Assembly (NCBI RefSeq): GCF_018350175.1
Contig: NC_058368.1
Span: forward strand, 163,992,001-164,056,000
Reading direction: 5' to 3'
Length of the DNA stretch: 64,000 nucleotides
DNA from: Felis catus
Taxonomy: Eukaryota
Positions 37,342 through 51,200 of this stretch are shown here, one piece after another. The translations under genes and the position numbers were made by a program. Each line of letters opens with the position of its first letter. Within the stretch, counting starts at the first letter, position 1. Under the pieces are notes generated by a model. The model did no database searches. It saw only the letters and a program-made list of their open reading frames with translations, and had not been told where the DNA came from.

Positions 37342-37819
37342 CTCACATTTTCATAAATTGTGATTCCTTTCTGAAAATGAATTTTCCTTTTTCTTTTTAC
37401 CTTTTATCCAGTGTGAAGTAATTTAAAAAACCCATTAACACATATTGCCATGTTAATTGGATGATATTCTTCAAGGTCAAGAAACTATCAATAGATATTG
37501 AATAGTGACTATAAATAAACTCATCACAGTAATTAGATTTGTCAATTAAAATTGGGAACAGCTAGCTCTTTATGACTGGATTAAAGGTGGATCACTTTGG
37601 GAAAATAATTTTACTCAACATAATAGATAAAGATTGGATGATGATCTCATATGCAAGTTTGACCCCATGAGTGAAATAAGCTTTTGATTTTTTTTCATAT
37701 CAACAGATTCAGAAACTCTCGCAAGTGTGGATGCTGCTGAATTTTCTCTAAAAATATTTTTAAAAATTGAAATAAGTGAAAATTCCAACATAATATTTAC
37801 AAGGCACTCAAATAGCAAG

Positions 37820-38035
37820 ATCTAACATTTGTTAAGAACTTGATCTGTGCTAGCTTGTGTACTAAAAGTTTAACACATTATCTTTTTTATTCCTTGTAAA
37901 AACCACATGGGATATATAATTGTCTTTTTTTTTTGCAGGTAAAACTTTTCCAAGGTCATTCATACAACTAATAAGTGCCAGAGCTGGATTAAAATTTAGG
38001 TCCATCTGACTCCAAGCCCAACAGTCTTGTCACCT
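37820..38035 (-). mobile_element. MIR
   Basis: ttccaaggtcattcatacaactaataagtgccagagctggatt...tctgactccaag. Confidence 0.65.
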
Positions 38036-38429
38036 CTCTGCATGTCCATGACTAGATAAATACTTTAATTAGTTTCAATTTGTTCATTATTCTCTCCAAG
38101 TGAGAAGGTTTTTGGTGAAGAAAAATATAACCCTTGTTGTTTTAGTTTTAGCAAATTTGGCAAGGTTATTCTGAAAACCAGATTGCATAATTTATTGCAT
38201 AGTTCTTCCTTTTTTAATTTGGATATTTTACAGTGTATAGAAATTTGTGACTACCATTTGCATTCAATTTTGTTGGTGACACAGGGCTATATATTTTCCC
38301 ACATGTTCTCTCTTTATAAGGGGGTCTAAATTGCATAGCAACTTTGGCATCACTGGTCTGTGGATGTCAAGTGTTTTTATGTATGGAAGAGAGGTGTGAC
38401 TGTTAATGTTTGATGCTGCCAAACTGATA

Positions 38430-38545
38430 TATTCACTTAGCAAATGATCACTAAGTGCCAATCATGTGCCAAGACCTGGTCTAGGTGCTGGCAATATAGC
38501 AGTGTGAGCAAAAGAAAAAAATTCCCAAATTCAAAGAATTTGTTC
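38430..38545 (-). mobile_element. L2 3' fragment
   Basis: attcacttagcaaatgatcactaagtgccaatcatgtgccaagacctggtctaggtgctgg. Confidence 0.65.
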
Positions 38546-39404
38546 TGGGGTAGAAAGGCAGAACCAGTGTGTGATCTCAGAGCTATCTGACCCCAAAGTG
38601 CATACTTTGCCAGTAAGCTATTCTGCCTTTATATCCACTGAGTCACTTTTTTTTTCTTACGTAAAACAAATACATTTGGTGTGTCTGTGTGGGGTGGAAA
38701 AGTTTGGGGGAGGATATAGAATGTATGGGTGATGACTGGGAAGCAGTCTACTAAGCTACGTCTGTCTTAGTTTATCAAAGTGTGACACTAACTACTGACA
38801 TGTGAAAGCATGATGCAGTAAGGCATGGTTCATACTTTCTGATTGTTGCAAAAAAATGTCTAGAGTTTTTGGTGTGCCAGATCCCCATAGGGAGTGGCCC
38901 CCAAGAACATCTGTGACAAGTGAGGGATTATTTTATAGAGTAGTTGTTAATGCTGATAATCACCTTGAACACCAACCAAGTTCTTATTTATTATTTTAAT
39001 AAATATTGTTATTGAGTAATCCTTCTGTTTTAGGTTCCAGATAGTGGAGATAAGCAAAGATTTGGGGAAATGGCAGAATGGAGCATATATGGCAATTATC
39101 AAGTATTTTGACATGGATATAATATTGACTGGAAGTGTAACCAGAAATAAGGCTGAAGAGAATAGAGTGTGTGCTGTACTAAATGGTGTTTGATCTTATG
39201 GCAGGGAATATGATCATTCATGCTTCTCATACTGGGAACCAGACATCACCGGGAATATATTGTTGATGCTAAGTGGTACAGAGGCTGATATATAAAACTG
39301 TTCTTTCTGTAATACCAATTTTTTTCTTGATTACCCCAAGGAAAAAAATTAAAAATATTAAACATGGATACATTAGAAAGACACATGCAAAGTCTATATG
39401 CATT

Positions 39405-40310
39405 TTAACTTTTATATCTATTTTTGAAGTATGCTACACATAGAGAAAAGTGAACATATATGTGTAGAGATGAAAAATTTTCACTGATAACAGCCAGTAT
39501 CCCATCAAGAAATAGAACATTACAAGCACCCTGAACCCCTGTGTGTACTTTCTTGGTGTCTACCTCCTTTGACCAAGAGTAAGCATGCTCTCCTGACTTC
39601 TAAAAACACAAACTTGTTTTACCTGTTTTGAATGTTAGAGTCATGGAACCATACAGTGTGTGTGTGTTCTTTTGTGTGTGTCTGGCTTCTTTCATTCATC
39701 GTTACGGGAGAGCCATCAACATTTTCTGTATAGTTGGAGACTATTCATTCTCTTGGCTGTATAGTGGTCACTGTGTGAATATACCACATTTTGTGTATAC
39801 AGTCTGCTCTTGATGGGCATTTGAGTAGTTTACAGTTTTTGATTAATACAGATAGATGTGATATGACATACAATTCTGTCTTTTCAGGGACATGTGTGTG
39901 CATTGCTAAGAGCCAAGTTGCCAGGTGATACATTTGTACATGTTTGGCTTTAAAAGATAGTTTTCCAAAGTGGTTGTGCAATTTATACTCACACTAGCAG
40001 GATTTAGAGTTCTGGTTGCTCTAAATTCCTTGATAAAATTTTCCATCATTTTAATTTTAGTCATTCTAATAGGTATGCAGTAATACTTGATTGTGATTTT
40101 TAATTTGCATTTCCCTAATGAAAATTTTCCTATTTTTTGTCATTGAGATATTCTCTTTGGTTAAGTGTTCATTCTTGTCCACTTTTTAATTGGATCTTTT
40201 CTGTTTTTATTTTTTTTTCTCAGTGATTCTTAGAGGTTCATTATGTATGCTGATATTAGCCCTTTGCCAAATATCTAAATTAATAGTATCTTCTCTCAGA
40301 CTATGTGTTG
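39405..40310 (-). mobile_element. Old L1 (L1ME/MB-like) 3' region
   Basis: cccatcaagaaatagaacatt...gatgggcatttgagtagttt...ttccaaagtggttgtgcaatttatactc...ttttaatttgcatttccctaatg. Confidence 0.85.
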
Positions 40311-40313
40311 ATG

Positions 40314-40316
<3 letters not shown>

Positions 40317-40353
<37 letters not shown>
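40317..40353. repeat. (CA)n microsatellite
   Basis: Perfect CA run. Confidence 0.97.
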
Positions 40354-40360
<7 letters not shown>

Positions 40361-40637
40361 GTTTAGCTAATACACAAGACTTCAATAAAATACTGCTCAC
40401 AAGAAGTCATTTTGGGTTATGCCCCAATCAAAGGATGAAACTTTTCTCATGTATTTGCTCCATTACCACTTCTGGGTCCAAGTACCATATATTCCAGCCT
40501 GTCCTGGCTTCCTTTCAATCCAGAAAGATTTGAGAAGCAATGGACAAGGCTAGATTAATAATGCTTGCTAGTATACTTCACAGTCTCAGGAATATAGAGT
40601 TATATTAGATTTTGGAATCTAGAGAGTTAGAATGTAG

Positions 40638-40762
40638 AATATATATATATATATACATATATATATTATGTATATATATGTATATATATATATACATATA
40701 TACATATACATTTATTATGTATATATACACACATGTATTATGTATATATATGTGTGTGTGTG

Positions 40763-40834
<72 letters not shown>
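40638..40834. repeat. Compound (TA)n/(TG)n/(CA)n repeat
   Basis: About 200 bp of alternating purine-pyrimidine repeats. Confidence 0.95.
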
Positions 40835-40838
<4 letters not shown>

Positions 40839-41029
40839 TTTTAGAAAATGGTGCATTTTTTGTTAGTAGACATGTGGTATGTTTTAAATCCTAGAATGAC
40901 CATCACTGTTGTTCTCTTGAAGCCCAGTCATAAAGGTCATTGATACCTTGGCCCATATCTTTTGTTTGTACACAGTGTAAGTACCTTTTTCTTTCTGTCA
41001 CTCCTCCTCACTCTTTATTTAAATATACA

Positions 41030-41450
41030 TATCAGTTAGGAATGCATTCTGCTGTGAATAACAATTTAAACCCATGATGGTTTATTGGTTTTATGAAACA
41101 AATTCAGGGGTGAAAGTCCAGAGCTGGAGTAGCAGTTCAGGATGGTTACAAGGGACCTGGTTGCTTTCCATTTTTGCACTTTCCTCTCTTTTAGCATGTA
41201 GGTCTTTGTCCTTATGCTTCCTGACTCAGGGTCACAGGATGGCTGCTGAACCTACAGGGAGGGAATATGTTATTCAGGCAGGAAGAAGCCAGAGAGCAAA
41301 AGAACTAGTAGGCTAGTTCCTAGTAGGCTTTATGTTCATATTGGAAAATTCTGGGGACTTCTGTCCATTTCTTATGGCCTGAACTCTGACGTATGGCTGC
41401 ACCTGGCTCCAGAGCAAGCTAAAAAGTGGGGTATTTTTGCTTTTTAGCTC
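41030..41450 (-). mobile_element. Old MaLR LTR (MLT1J/K-like)
   Basis: tcagttaggaatgcattctgctg...ggtcacaggatggctgctg...caggcaggaagaag. Confidence 0.65.
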
Positions 41451-41589
41451 AGAGAGCAAGGAGAGCAAGGACAGAGGACTGTGAAAGGGATATAGTCCCA
41501 AGAACAGGTCAGAGAACCTTCACCTCCCTTCTTTCTTATCTTCTTTTAACTATTGGTTATTGTTATAAGAGTATTGGAGGCTTATTAAA

Positions 41590-41945
41590 GAATACTTGAG
41601 AAATATTTAACATCCTAAACAGTCACTATAGACATCTCAGCTTTCATTTCCTAGTCACTTCAGAAAACAAGACTGGGGTCTCAGTGTGCTCATTGGGGTG
41701 TCACTGCTCACAGGCGGTCTCAGTGGACAGAGGTAGGTAATACACACACACATTCCATCTGTATTTATGTCTGCATGTTTATTATGAAATAAGTGAGCTC
41801 ACATTGATATATTTAATTCCAACCCCACATCATTCCAGCTGTATCTTTTTTTTCCCTCTATTTGTCAGCCCTTTTCCACCCTGAGTAACCTGATCACTCC
41901 CTTTATCCTCTACTTATTTGCTTATTTCATCAATCTGTCTGCAAC
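41590..41945 (-). mobile_element. Old L1 (L1MC4-like) fragment
   Basis: gtgtgctcattggggtgtcactgct..aggc..tctcagtggacagag.taggtaatac...gagctcacattgatat. Confidence 0.65.
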
Positions 41946-43038
41946 CAATCTCCTAGCTTACCACTTTCCTCTTCCATCCCTCTGGATGTCTTCTTAGCTT
42001 TATTCGGCCTTTAACATCATGTGCCAGATTTCTCCCTCACATGGACATGACATTCTCCTGCTTGAGCTCAGACAACTATGCTAGGCTGCTCATCTGTTCT
42101 CGCTCTCTTCCTGCTTCCTAGAGGAAGCTGAATGCTGCAGCTTCTCACTGGTTCAGCGGACCATCTGCACCTACATTGATGGGCCCCGTCAGTTATTTTT
42201 GGACTGAATTTTGCAGGAAAAGAAAGGAAGGAGAGAAGGATATGAAAGAAAGTTATTTGCATTTTTATTGTATGCTGTTTTCTGATGTTAGAAATTTTAC
42301 ATTTTCTTTAAGTTTACTTGGTTAATATTTTTTGGATGATTTAACATATTATTTTAAGGTTCAAATATGATGCCCACAGAGATACTGAAAAAAATATTGT
42401 TTTCCTTTTAGTTATGGAATTAATTGGACATTGATTTTGTCATTTAATGTCTAAAAGGGGCAGATCTAAGCTAATTTTTTCCATGTTATTGCAATATCAC
42501 ATTCCTTTTGTTTACTTGTGGCTCCTCTTATCCTATTTCTGTTTCCTTTTACTTGTATTTCCTTTTACTCTTTGCATCTCTTTCTATAGTCCCTCAAATC
42601 CTGCCACCAGAGATCACAACCCCTGCCAACTCTGGCCTAGAATGCCCTTTGCTCTCCCCTCTGCCATCCTCTGAATACTCTCTCTTACGCCTTGAATAAT
42701 TGTCAACTAGGTTTTAGGCAATCAGCCTGAGTTATTCACAGTAATGAATGCCAAATAAATCACAGATATGTAAGGCTCTTCCTAGGAGAGGTTAGGGAAA
42801 GAGAGCCCTCTGAGTCTCTAAGATCTTCCAGTCCTAGCTTTCAGTCTGCAGTCGAAGTCAGCAGAATTATTTTTTTCTTATTCTTCTCTGGGAGGTGACT
42901 ATCTTACCTTAAGCAATGTGACTTTCTACTCCAATAGATTTCTACTCTTGGAATGCACTGGTCCAAAAAGGCTTCCCCTAACATCTAGGTCAAATATTTT
43001 ATCTGTTGGAGAAGATGAGTTTAGAGGTTCCAGAAACA

Positions 43039-43246
43039 GGGGCGCCTGGGTGGCTCATTCTGTTAAGCGTCTGACTTGGGCTCAGGTCATGATCTCACAG
43101 TTTCTGGGTTCGAGCCCCACATCGGGCTCTGTGCTGACAGCTCAGAGCCTGGAGCCTGCTTCAGATTCTGTGACTCCCTCTCCTTCTGCCCCTCCCCTTG
43201 CACTCTGCCTCTTTCTCCCTCAAAAATAAATAAACATTAAAAAAAA
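43039..43246 (+). mobile_element. CanSINE (SINEC_Fc)
   Basis: TSD tttagaggttccaga(a/g)aca at 43020-43038 and 43247-43265. Confidence 0.97.
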
Positions 43247-44024
43247 TTTAGAGGTTCCAGAGACATCCCAGGACGGCTCCCTCAGTCCTTTTGCTTTGAG
43301 TCCGCTCCCCCAGATAAACAGAAACATGCTTCGCTTACGTGTTGGGAACAGTCATGGATGTGAAGCACTTTGCGTTTATGTCTCAGTAAGATACCATGGA
43401 CATGCCAGTTACTCATTTTATTACTGTAGGTTTTATGTTACAATATTACTTACATTTTCTAGTAGATTTCCAGTCTTTGAAGTTCTAGGGCATAGTTCTC
43501 AGACCACAACTTAAAATACGTAGGGATTAAGGGACTAAAGTGATAAAGATGAAGTTTAATGAAAATGAGTTGGAAGGGCTAAAGGACAGTGAATAGGTTT
43601 CCTCTCCTCTTGATTCCCAAGCAGATGCATGTGTGAGGAACTCTGTTTTAGAAGGTTGTGTATGTCCTGAGTAAAGTCAGAGAAAGTGCTAAAATGATGT
43701 GGTTATAATTAGGAAGTGGTTGGGGTTGGGGAGGGATAGAGAGTATATAATATGTTTGTGAGCTGAGTGATTTTTGAAACCACCTTCAAGGTGAAAGTAA
43801 TAAGCCAACTCTATGTCAGTCTTTCTGGAACTTATAGTCAACTCTTGATTATGTGAGAGAGCAGTGGAGTGGATAATTAGCAAAGAATAGATAGTTCTCT
43901 ATGCTTTTCTGTTAATGTGGGCAAGAGGATGATTGGTTCAGGTTGTTTAATAGAGGGGAGAGAGAATCTTTTTTTCTCCTCAACCTTCAACACTTCTTTC
44001 CTTCTCATTTTATTAAACTATAAC

Positions 44025-45085
44025 TTTATTTCTCATTTCACAGAAGTAATCAGGAGAGAAATTCTTTATTGTCCTATCATCACATCATTCAACACCCTAC
44101 ATCTGTACACAGAAACTCCACCTTTCATCTTGCACTATGGATGAAATGTATCTAGTTGTGGCAGCCCCCTCTATCTCCCCGCCACCCTACAACTTACTCT
44201 TAAGACCCTATCCTCTCTGGCCTAGTCAAGGGTGTTGTTCTAACAAATCTTTTCCTTATCATTTCTGGCTTTTTTACCAGAGTATTCCAATGAATAAACA
44301 TATAAGCTTTCTCCTATCTTTAAAAAAATAACAATAATAATGAAACCCCCAAATTCCCTTCTCTCCATTTATTGATTCTTCTTTTGCCTAAAACTACAAG
44401 AAAAGGCTGTTGTATACATACTGTATACTTTTTGGCCCACGATGATGACCTTGAAACCACTCTCATAAAGCACATCTGAGTACATAAAGCCACATCTTTT
44501 ATGTGGCTAAATGGGATGGTCAATTATCACCTTGTCTTACTCAGCCTCTCAGTATCATTTTAATCAGTTAAACACTTCCTCACTCCTAAAATACTGTAAC
44601 TGATTTCTAGGATGCCCCTTTATCCTGGTTTCCTACATCGCTAGAGATAACCTTCTTAGTCTCTTCTTCCGGCCTTTAAAATTTGGAGTGTAATTTCTCA
44701 TTGTTGTTTTCATTCTTGTGGCTTTAAATACTATCTCTGTGCCAAGGACTTCTTTACCCACATATAAACAGCTTGGTTTTATTTATTTATTCAACTTTCT
44801 CAAGGCCCCTGATCAGACTGGATTTTTAGTAATTCTTCCCTGGCCAGCCTCCATAGAAGAGTGAGTCTCCCCAGTCACTTCCTATAGTCTCTGATCTTCC
44901 TTTTACTCCTCTGCCTTAAGCAATATCTGACATACTGTATATTTACTTGCTAAAGTTTAAATAAGAATGTAAACTTACTGAGCCAGCATCTTTAATTTAT
45001 TGTCTACTGACTCCTAGCACCTAGAACAACACCTGTCACCTAATAGGTACTAAGTAAATATTTACTGAATGGATGGATGACTGGA
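44025..45085 (+). mobile_element. L2 (L2a-like) fragments
   Basis: Pyrimidine-rich L2 phrases ending cctagcacctagaacaacacctgtcacctaataggtactaagtaaatatttactgaatggatggatga. Confidence 0.75.
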
Positions 45086-45867
45086 TGGTAACAGAAACAA
45101 ACATACTTCTTATTTTGATTAAAATTGTAAGGGCTGGAGTTGTATCATGTTTGTGTAGCAGTATGAGAAGGCGGGAGAAGGACATGTTGTGAGAAGAGAA
45201 TGGAGGCCAGAGTCCACATGTCAGCTGGTTAGCACCAAACCGAACTCTTGGGAAGGGAATTCTAGCTCTGTCTGAGTGGTGATGAAGTGATTCATGCAGC
45301 ATTAAGATGGGTGATAGACTTTGTTAGGTATCAGGGTAACCCATTAGGATATCCTCATGTGGGGGTGGATAACGTGAGATGTGCTAGGTGGAAGAAACAA
45401 TTTCTAGGACTGACTGGCCCCATGAATTCTTCAAGTCTATTTGTCACAAACTGTAACTTCTTCAATAATACATATTTTTTAAAAAGATGAGGGACTAATG
45501 TTCTTTTCTTAAGAAGTGTTTCTGGCTTACAAAGAGAGGCAGCAGAAAAAATAACAACACATTATGTATATGAAAATCAGCAGCTGCAATGCGATGAAAA
45601 TAAGGCAATGGGATTTTTAAATTAAAAATATTCTAATTTCAAACCTCCTGTCTCTTACTATTAAAAAATTCTCTAAGGCAACAAGATATAGCTATAAAAG
45701 CTCAAAATCTGTTTTAATCTTAGCTCTACTGCAAAACTAATGGAATAGCAGAATGGGGAATTACTTATGTTCTCATTACTTTAGTTGTTTTTTTTGTTGT
45801 TGTTGTTTGTTTTTTTGTTTGTTTTGTTTTGTTTTTTGTTTTTTGTACATTGAGGATGCTGGACTGG

Positions 45868-46068
45868 AGTAGAGTTAGCAAATATATTTCATCTGCTGTT
45901 CCAACTGTGATCTATTGGTAAAGGCAGCCTGGAGCGCTGTGTGGATAAGCTTTGGAGACCACACCTAGGCTCTGCGAAAAAGAAAGTTGAAATTGATTGG
46001 TGCTGTCTGCCCTGGGTTTAGAAAAGATGAATGGCAGAAAGTATGCACTGTATCTTTGCTATCCTGCA
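45868..46068 (+). mobile_element. Short hAT-Charlie MITE (MER117-like)
   Basis: ccaactgtgatctattggta..ggcagcctggagcgctgtgt; gcaaata...tatctttgct near-inverted ends. Confidence 0.6.
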
Positions 46069-47065
46069 CTATACAGTGTATGAGATATTTTCAGTTCTAA
46101 AATTCAGTGATTGGGAATGCCTAGTATGTTATGTGCAGTCTTTGCAATGAAGGCGATGATAAGATTTTATATGTAAGATATTAAAATACTATTTTTAGTG
46201 TATGTTTTTGGAGAATCTGAATATGTTTCATAACCATTTCTCCTAGGGATTTATATATTAGTCATAATATTTTTACATTGTGTGCTAAGTGCGACATGAT
46301 AAGTCTATATAAGCAGCATATTGAAATAGTATTATTTTGCCATGGAAAACTCAAGTTAGCATAATGAGTATAATTTTTTTATAGATTGCCATTTAATTTC
46401 AAAATAATTTTGCAGTTTTTCCCACTGGTTTTTTTCCACTGGTAGGTTCATAAAAACCTACAGGAAGTACTGTTTTACCATCCAGGAAATGAAGCATTTC
46501 AGTTACAATCTTTTCAAACTACTATAGAAACTTCTAGGAATCAGTGATGCTGTCTATGTTAAAAGAAATATAAGGATGAGATATAAGGAAAACTAGAGAT
46601 ATTTAGAGAGAATTCAATTTTCAACATGGGGCCTTCTTCAGTTTGTATTTCTTAGAGCAATTCTTCTCTGCCCTCCACCCCCAACATGCCATGTAAAAGA
46701 AATTGGAAATTTTGGGTCAAGCATATGGGTGTGATATTATTTAATCTCTTTTTCAAATAAAGTACTGGAATAACTGGGTGAAAAATACCATTATGTTTTG
46801 AATGTTTTTGGCGCTGGCAAATGTAAATGATCACAAGAAAGAAGTATCAGTTTATAAGTGTGTGTTCTTCATGTAACTATTAAGTGTGTTTTAATTCATT
46901 CTTCAAAACCGGCACTGAATTTGGCACTTAAGTTCTTACAATTTTTGAATAGAAATAATTTAAATAGGACTTTGAATAAATGTAGTCTGAAATACATTAT
47001 TCTATGTATAATCCTGGAATTATCTGTGATGTTTGAGTGGCCTGGACTTATTTTCTTTAATTTCT

Positions 47066-47277
47066 TTTTTTTTTCTTTTTTACATTTATTTATTTTTGAT
47101 AGAGGGAGACAGAGCACAAGTGTGGGAGGGGCAGAGAGGGAAGGACACAGAATCAGAAACAGGCCAGGTTCCAAGCTGTCAGCACAAAGCCTGATGCGGG
47201 ACTCAAACTCACAAACCCTAAGATCATGACCTGAGCCAAAGTCGGATGCTTAACTGACTGAACCACCCAGGTGCCCC
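47066..47277 (-). mobile_element. CanSINE (SINEC_Fc)
   Basis: TSD ctttaatttct at 47055-47065 and 47277-47287. Confidence 0.95.
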
Positions 47278-47348
47278 TTTAATTTCTAAACTTGATATAT
47301 AATGAAGGGATTTTTTTTTTTTTTTTTTTTTTTTACTGAAAAAGGACA

Positions 47349-47566
47349 GGGGCGCTTCAGTGGCCTAAGTGTCCAACTTTTGATTTTGGCTCAGGTCATG
47401 ATCTCATGGTTCATGGGTTCGAGCCTCATGTGGGACTTTGCACTGACAGTGTGGAGTCTGCTTGGGATTCTCTGTCTCCCTCTTTCTCTGTTCCTCGCCC
47501 CTTGCACGCTCTCTCTCTCTCTCTCTCTCTCTGTCTGTCTCTCTCTCTCTCTCTCAAAATAAATAA
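47349..47566 (+). mobile_element. CanSINE (older type, head partly deleted)
   Basis: ttgattttggctcaggtcatgatctcatgg...gggattctctgtctccc, (CT)n, aaaataaataaa. Confidence 0.92.
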
Positions 47567-48044
47567 AGGAGCTGAAAAAGGATGTTTAGAAATCATCTAA
47601 TTCAATTTTCTCATTTTCTTTTCCTCTTCTTTCTTTTTCTTTATGTTTGATGTGATTTCTATATTCATCTTGATCATTTGTTTTTCTTTTGTTTTCCCAT
47701 TATCTCATCTTGCTCTAATTATTTTAGAATAAATACAATGAAACAAGCCAGAGCCCACTTTCTAGATGAAGCTTAGTGTCAGCCAAACACCTGGTTCAAA
47801 GTGAAATGTCTGTTAAATTAACCGAACAGTGGTTTGCTTTCACACCCTGGCCAAATTGTTTGATTTTAGTCTGGACTGCGTTTATGGTTTTCCACTTAGA
47901 CTAACCGATTTAGTCCTTTTAGTAAGCTGATTTGATCAACTGAGTTTATTTTGCTCACATCCTATAATTTCCAACTAATTGTCTCAAGGTGTCTATGGTC
48001 TGCAAGTAGCTCAAGGGCTTGAGGGTGTTTTGTTGTTGTATTCT

Positions 48045-48240
48045 TTACAAAATATTTATTTTTGAGAGAGAGAGAGAGCGCACGTGCTAGTGGCAGAAAG
48101 AGGGGGGGAACATAGAATCTGAAGCAGACTCCAGGCTCAGAACTGTCATCACAGAGCCCCGTGTGGGGTGCAAACCCATAAACCGTGAGATCATAACCTG
48201 AGGTGAAGTTGGACGCTTAACTGAGCCACCCAGGAGCCCC
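48045..48240 (-). mobile_element. CanSINE (SINEC_Fc)
   Basis: Reverse body; flanking tgttgttgt repeats as probable TSD. Confidence 0.92.
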
Positions 48241-51200
48241 GTGTTGTTGTTCTTTTTTCACAAAGCTGTCATCTCCTGCTGGACCCCACCATGTTCATCC
48301 CTGTTTCAGCATCTTTGACAGTGCTTTCTACCCAGTAGGCTCTCAGTATTTGGTTTATTTTAATCTCTGCATATTCTCTTATGATGTTTATTTGAGATAT
48401 AGGTTAAGAGGTCTTAGCATGAATTAGGACCTCACTCATGTGGTTCTGCTATGAATTCTCTGGAGTCATAGTTGAATCACTTGGATATTCTCCTCAGCTC
48501 TTTCAAAGTGTTCCCAGATTTTGACCATCTTTGAAGATTTCATGTTAATGGGGACTCCATCTTGTATCTGAGATTCTTTCAACAGTTGCAAATATCCCTT
48601 TCTTGTCACTGTTTATGTTTTAGATTTATTGAAACTCCAAAATTGTTTTTTCACGGAGTATTATCGATATGCTCATAGATGAAAATTTCTGAGTAAAGTG
48701 TACCTTAGGGAAATGCAGGTAATTAAACCCGAAATCTTTTGTCAATGATAAGCCAGTACAGAGGGAAGAAGAGAATGCTGGTATTTAAGAACACTGAAGG
48801 AAATGCAGAAGTGGGAATCTTGTAGTCATTACAGGGAATGTCAAAAATGGATGTTGACAAGCCTCTGCCTTTTACATATGCGGAAATTAAATCAAAGAAA
48901 GATTAAATATTTTGTTCAGGATGCACACTGTTTGTGACTGAAGGATCTTCAGGCTCCTATTCCAGTGCTCTTTTGATGCTGCTGTTCTGGGAGGTAATTC
49001 CTAAGTTCCTTAGGAATGTTCACAGCTCTCCGTCTCTATTCCTGCCCTTTCTTCTGTCTAGAGTAAATCAGAAATTGCCGGGTGACCCTAAATCTTTTAC
49101 TGAAACTATTAAAAGAGAAACAGTGGAAGATCGTGCTGAGCTGGGGATGGTTAAATGTGGGAGACTGGGTAAGAGCGAGTAGTGAGTGGTTAAACCTGAA
49201 AAACGTCATAGGTCATGTTTATCTGATATTTTTAAAGTTGTTAAAAAAAAAAAACTCACCAAGTTGCATGGGCTTTTACAGCAAAGCCTAACCTTCCCAT
49301 AACCATCAACACTCTCCAGCAATGATTTTCTTCCTTATGCTGTTATATAGGAGTGCATTCCAATTTAGGGCACTTTAACTGTCAGAAATATCAGAAAGGG
49401 CTTTTGCACTTTAAGCAATCTTCCCGAACCCCTCTCCAGTAGACACACAGTGAGAGCAATTTCGAAGCAATCCTTGTTGTGCCTTCCCATTGCCCTTTCA
49501 CCCCAGATGTAGCTTTCAGCTAATTAGCTCTTCCTGACATCGAGATGAGAGTTATAAGGTGCTCTACCTAGAGAGGTAAATTGGGGAGGTCACACAACTC
49601 TAGCCTTGGTGGGATTTATTTGTGAAAGCCATATTTTGTTTGCTACTTGACACCTAACTTTTCAGTTGCCCAAGTGCTCACAATTTCAAGGTTTCAATGA
49701 ACTGAATGAAACTTAACCATTTTAACTTCAGGTCAGCGTCTTTACTCTGCGTTTGCCTCTTATCCTTAGGTATTATCGGTCCCAATCGTAATGAAATCCA
49801 TTTTTATTTTGCTTTTTAAAACTTTGAAGAAATATTGAGTGTCAGGAAAGAATCACTACACTTACTTTATAGGCACGTTACTTAAAGATTAAAAGGCAAA
49901 GAAAGAACCAGGACTCTCAATATTTTCAGCATACAGTATGCGTTGGGTGGCATCAAATCAGAGGACCACGCTCTGCTAGACTTTCAGAGAGGAATGAAGC
50001 CAATTAATGTACAATCACCAGCAGCAGTGCTTTATTTGAAGGGTCTTTTACAATGAAACTTTTTAACAGGGTAATTGTAGACATCTGCTTCGTGTACCTT
50101 AGCAGCAACATAGCCAGTATTTGCTAAGATCTTCTGAGCATTTACAGCTTTACACAAAAGGACATATCGGCAATTCTGTTTTCTGTATAATCGGCAGACT
50201 ATGCAAAATACTGAGCTAGAATTCAGCATTGTTGTAGAAATGCTCAATGTCACCAGAGCGATTGACTCGTTCCACCTGGCTTTCAGACATTTGGAGAAGC
50301 AAAACATATGTACCTTAATTGCAAAATGTGGGCTTAATGAACATGCAGGCGTTATGTTATACCAAATGCAACAATCGACATGATGGCAAGCTGCTTAAGA
50401 ACATGTCACAATGTTTGGTTTTTAAGAGGTTTGCCTTTGGCAATGTTTCAGAGAAGAATGTGTTCCTTACATTTGCAGTCCTGTGAGCCAATAATAAAAT
50501 GTTCAGCATATGAAACTGGTATTTATTTTAAATTGCTATGTCAATATTTTTGTTTAAAAGCAGGTTTGATTCCCTGTGTGGACTTTGTTGAAGCCTTCTA
50601 TCACTGCTTTTTATTTGAGTTTGATTTAGCTTCTTTTCCCCCTGATTTTGTGTTTTGCAGAATGGCTTGCATGAAAGCCTTCTGATTGGGTTGAGGGGGG
50701 ATAAAGTTGCTATGTGAATTTCAAAGCCCAGAAAATGTAAAAAAGAGCAACACTTGCTGAAGGCATCAGAGAAGTGAATGCAATCAAGCAGTGTTGGTTC
50801 TGTGACCTTGAAGCTTCCCAGAATAGCTACCACATTTGGAATAATGGGAGCCCCGGATTCAAATGCCTCGGGATGACCTCATCACTAGCAGTCCCCTTCT
50901 TCCTACTGTGATGTCTCTAGGCTTTATGTCAATGTTTAGTCCGTTAGCAGGAATCCAGAAAATCAGGCTTTTGTTTTCAAAAATACAAAATAAAGGCAGC
51001 CATTATGGAATATTTCATAACTGATTTAATCCTAATGTGATGTCAAATCAAATTTCCCCCGCAGTTGAGTGCATGCTTTATCTACCACGAATACCATTGC
51101 TCTGTGGATGCTGGGTGCTCTTCCAATAAATTGTTGGGCAGTTCTGTTCATGAGCTCTCACAATTCTCCATACCAGGCACATTTCTGTGGGGTAATTAAA

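Noticed and set aside
37920..37945. Strong-looking acceptor tttttttttttgcag
   Set aside because: Lies within a MIR relic and is followed by no plausible exon.
39020..39195. Possible + strand exon after ccttctgttttag
   Set aside because: All frames reach a stop, no convincing donor, peptide unrecognised.
40605..40866. YI/TH-repeat ORFs (also 14152-14355 and 8499-8772)
   Set aside because: Stop-free frames through dinucleotide microsatellites.
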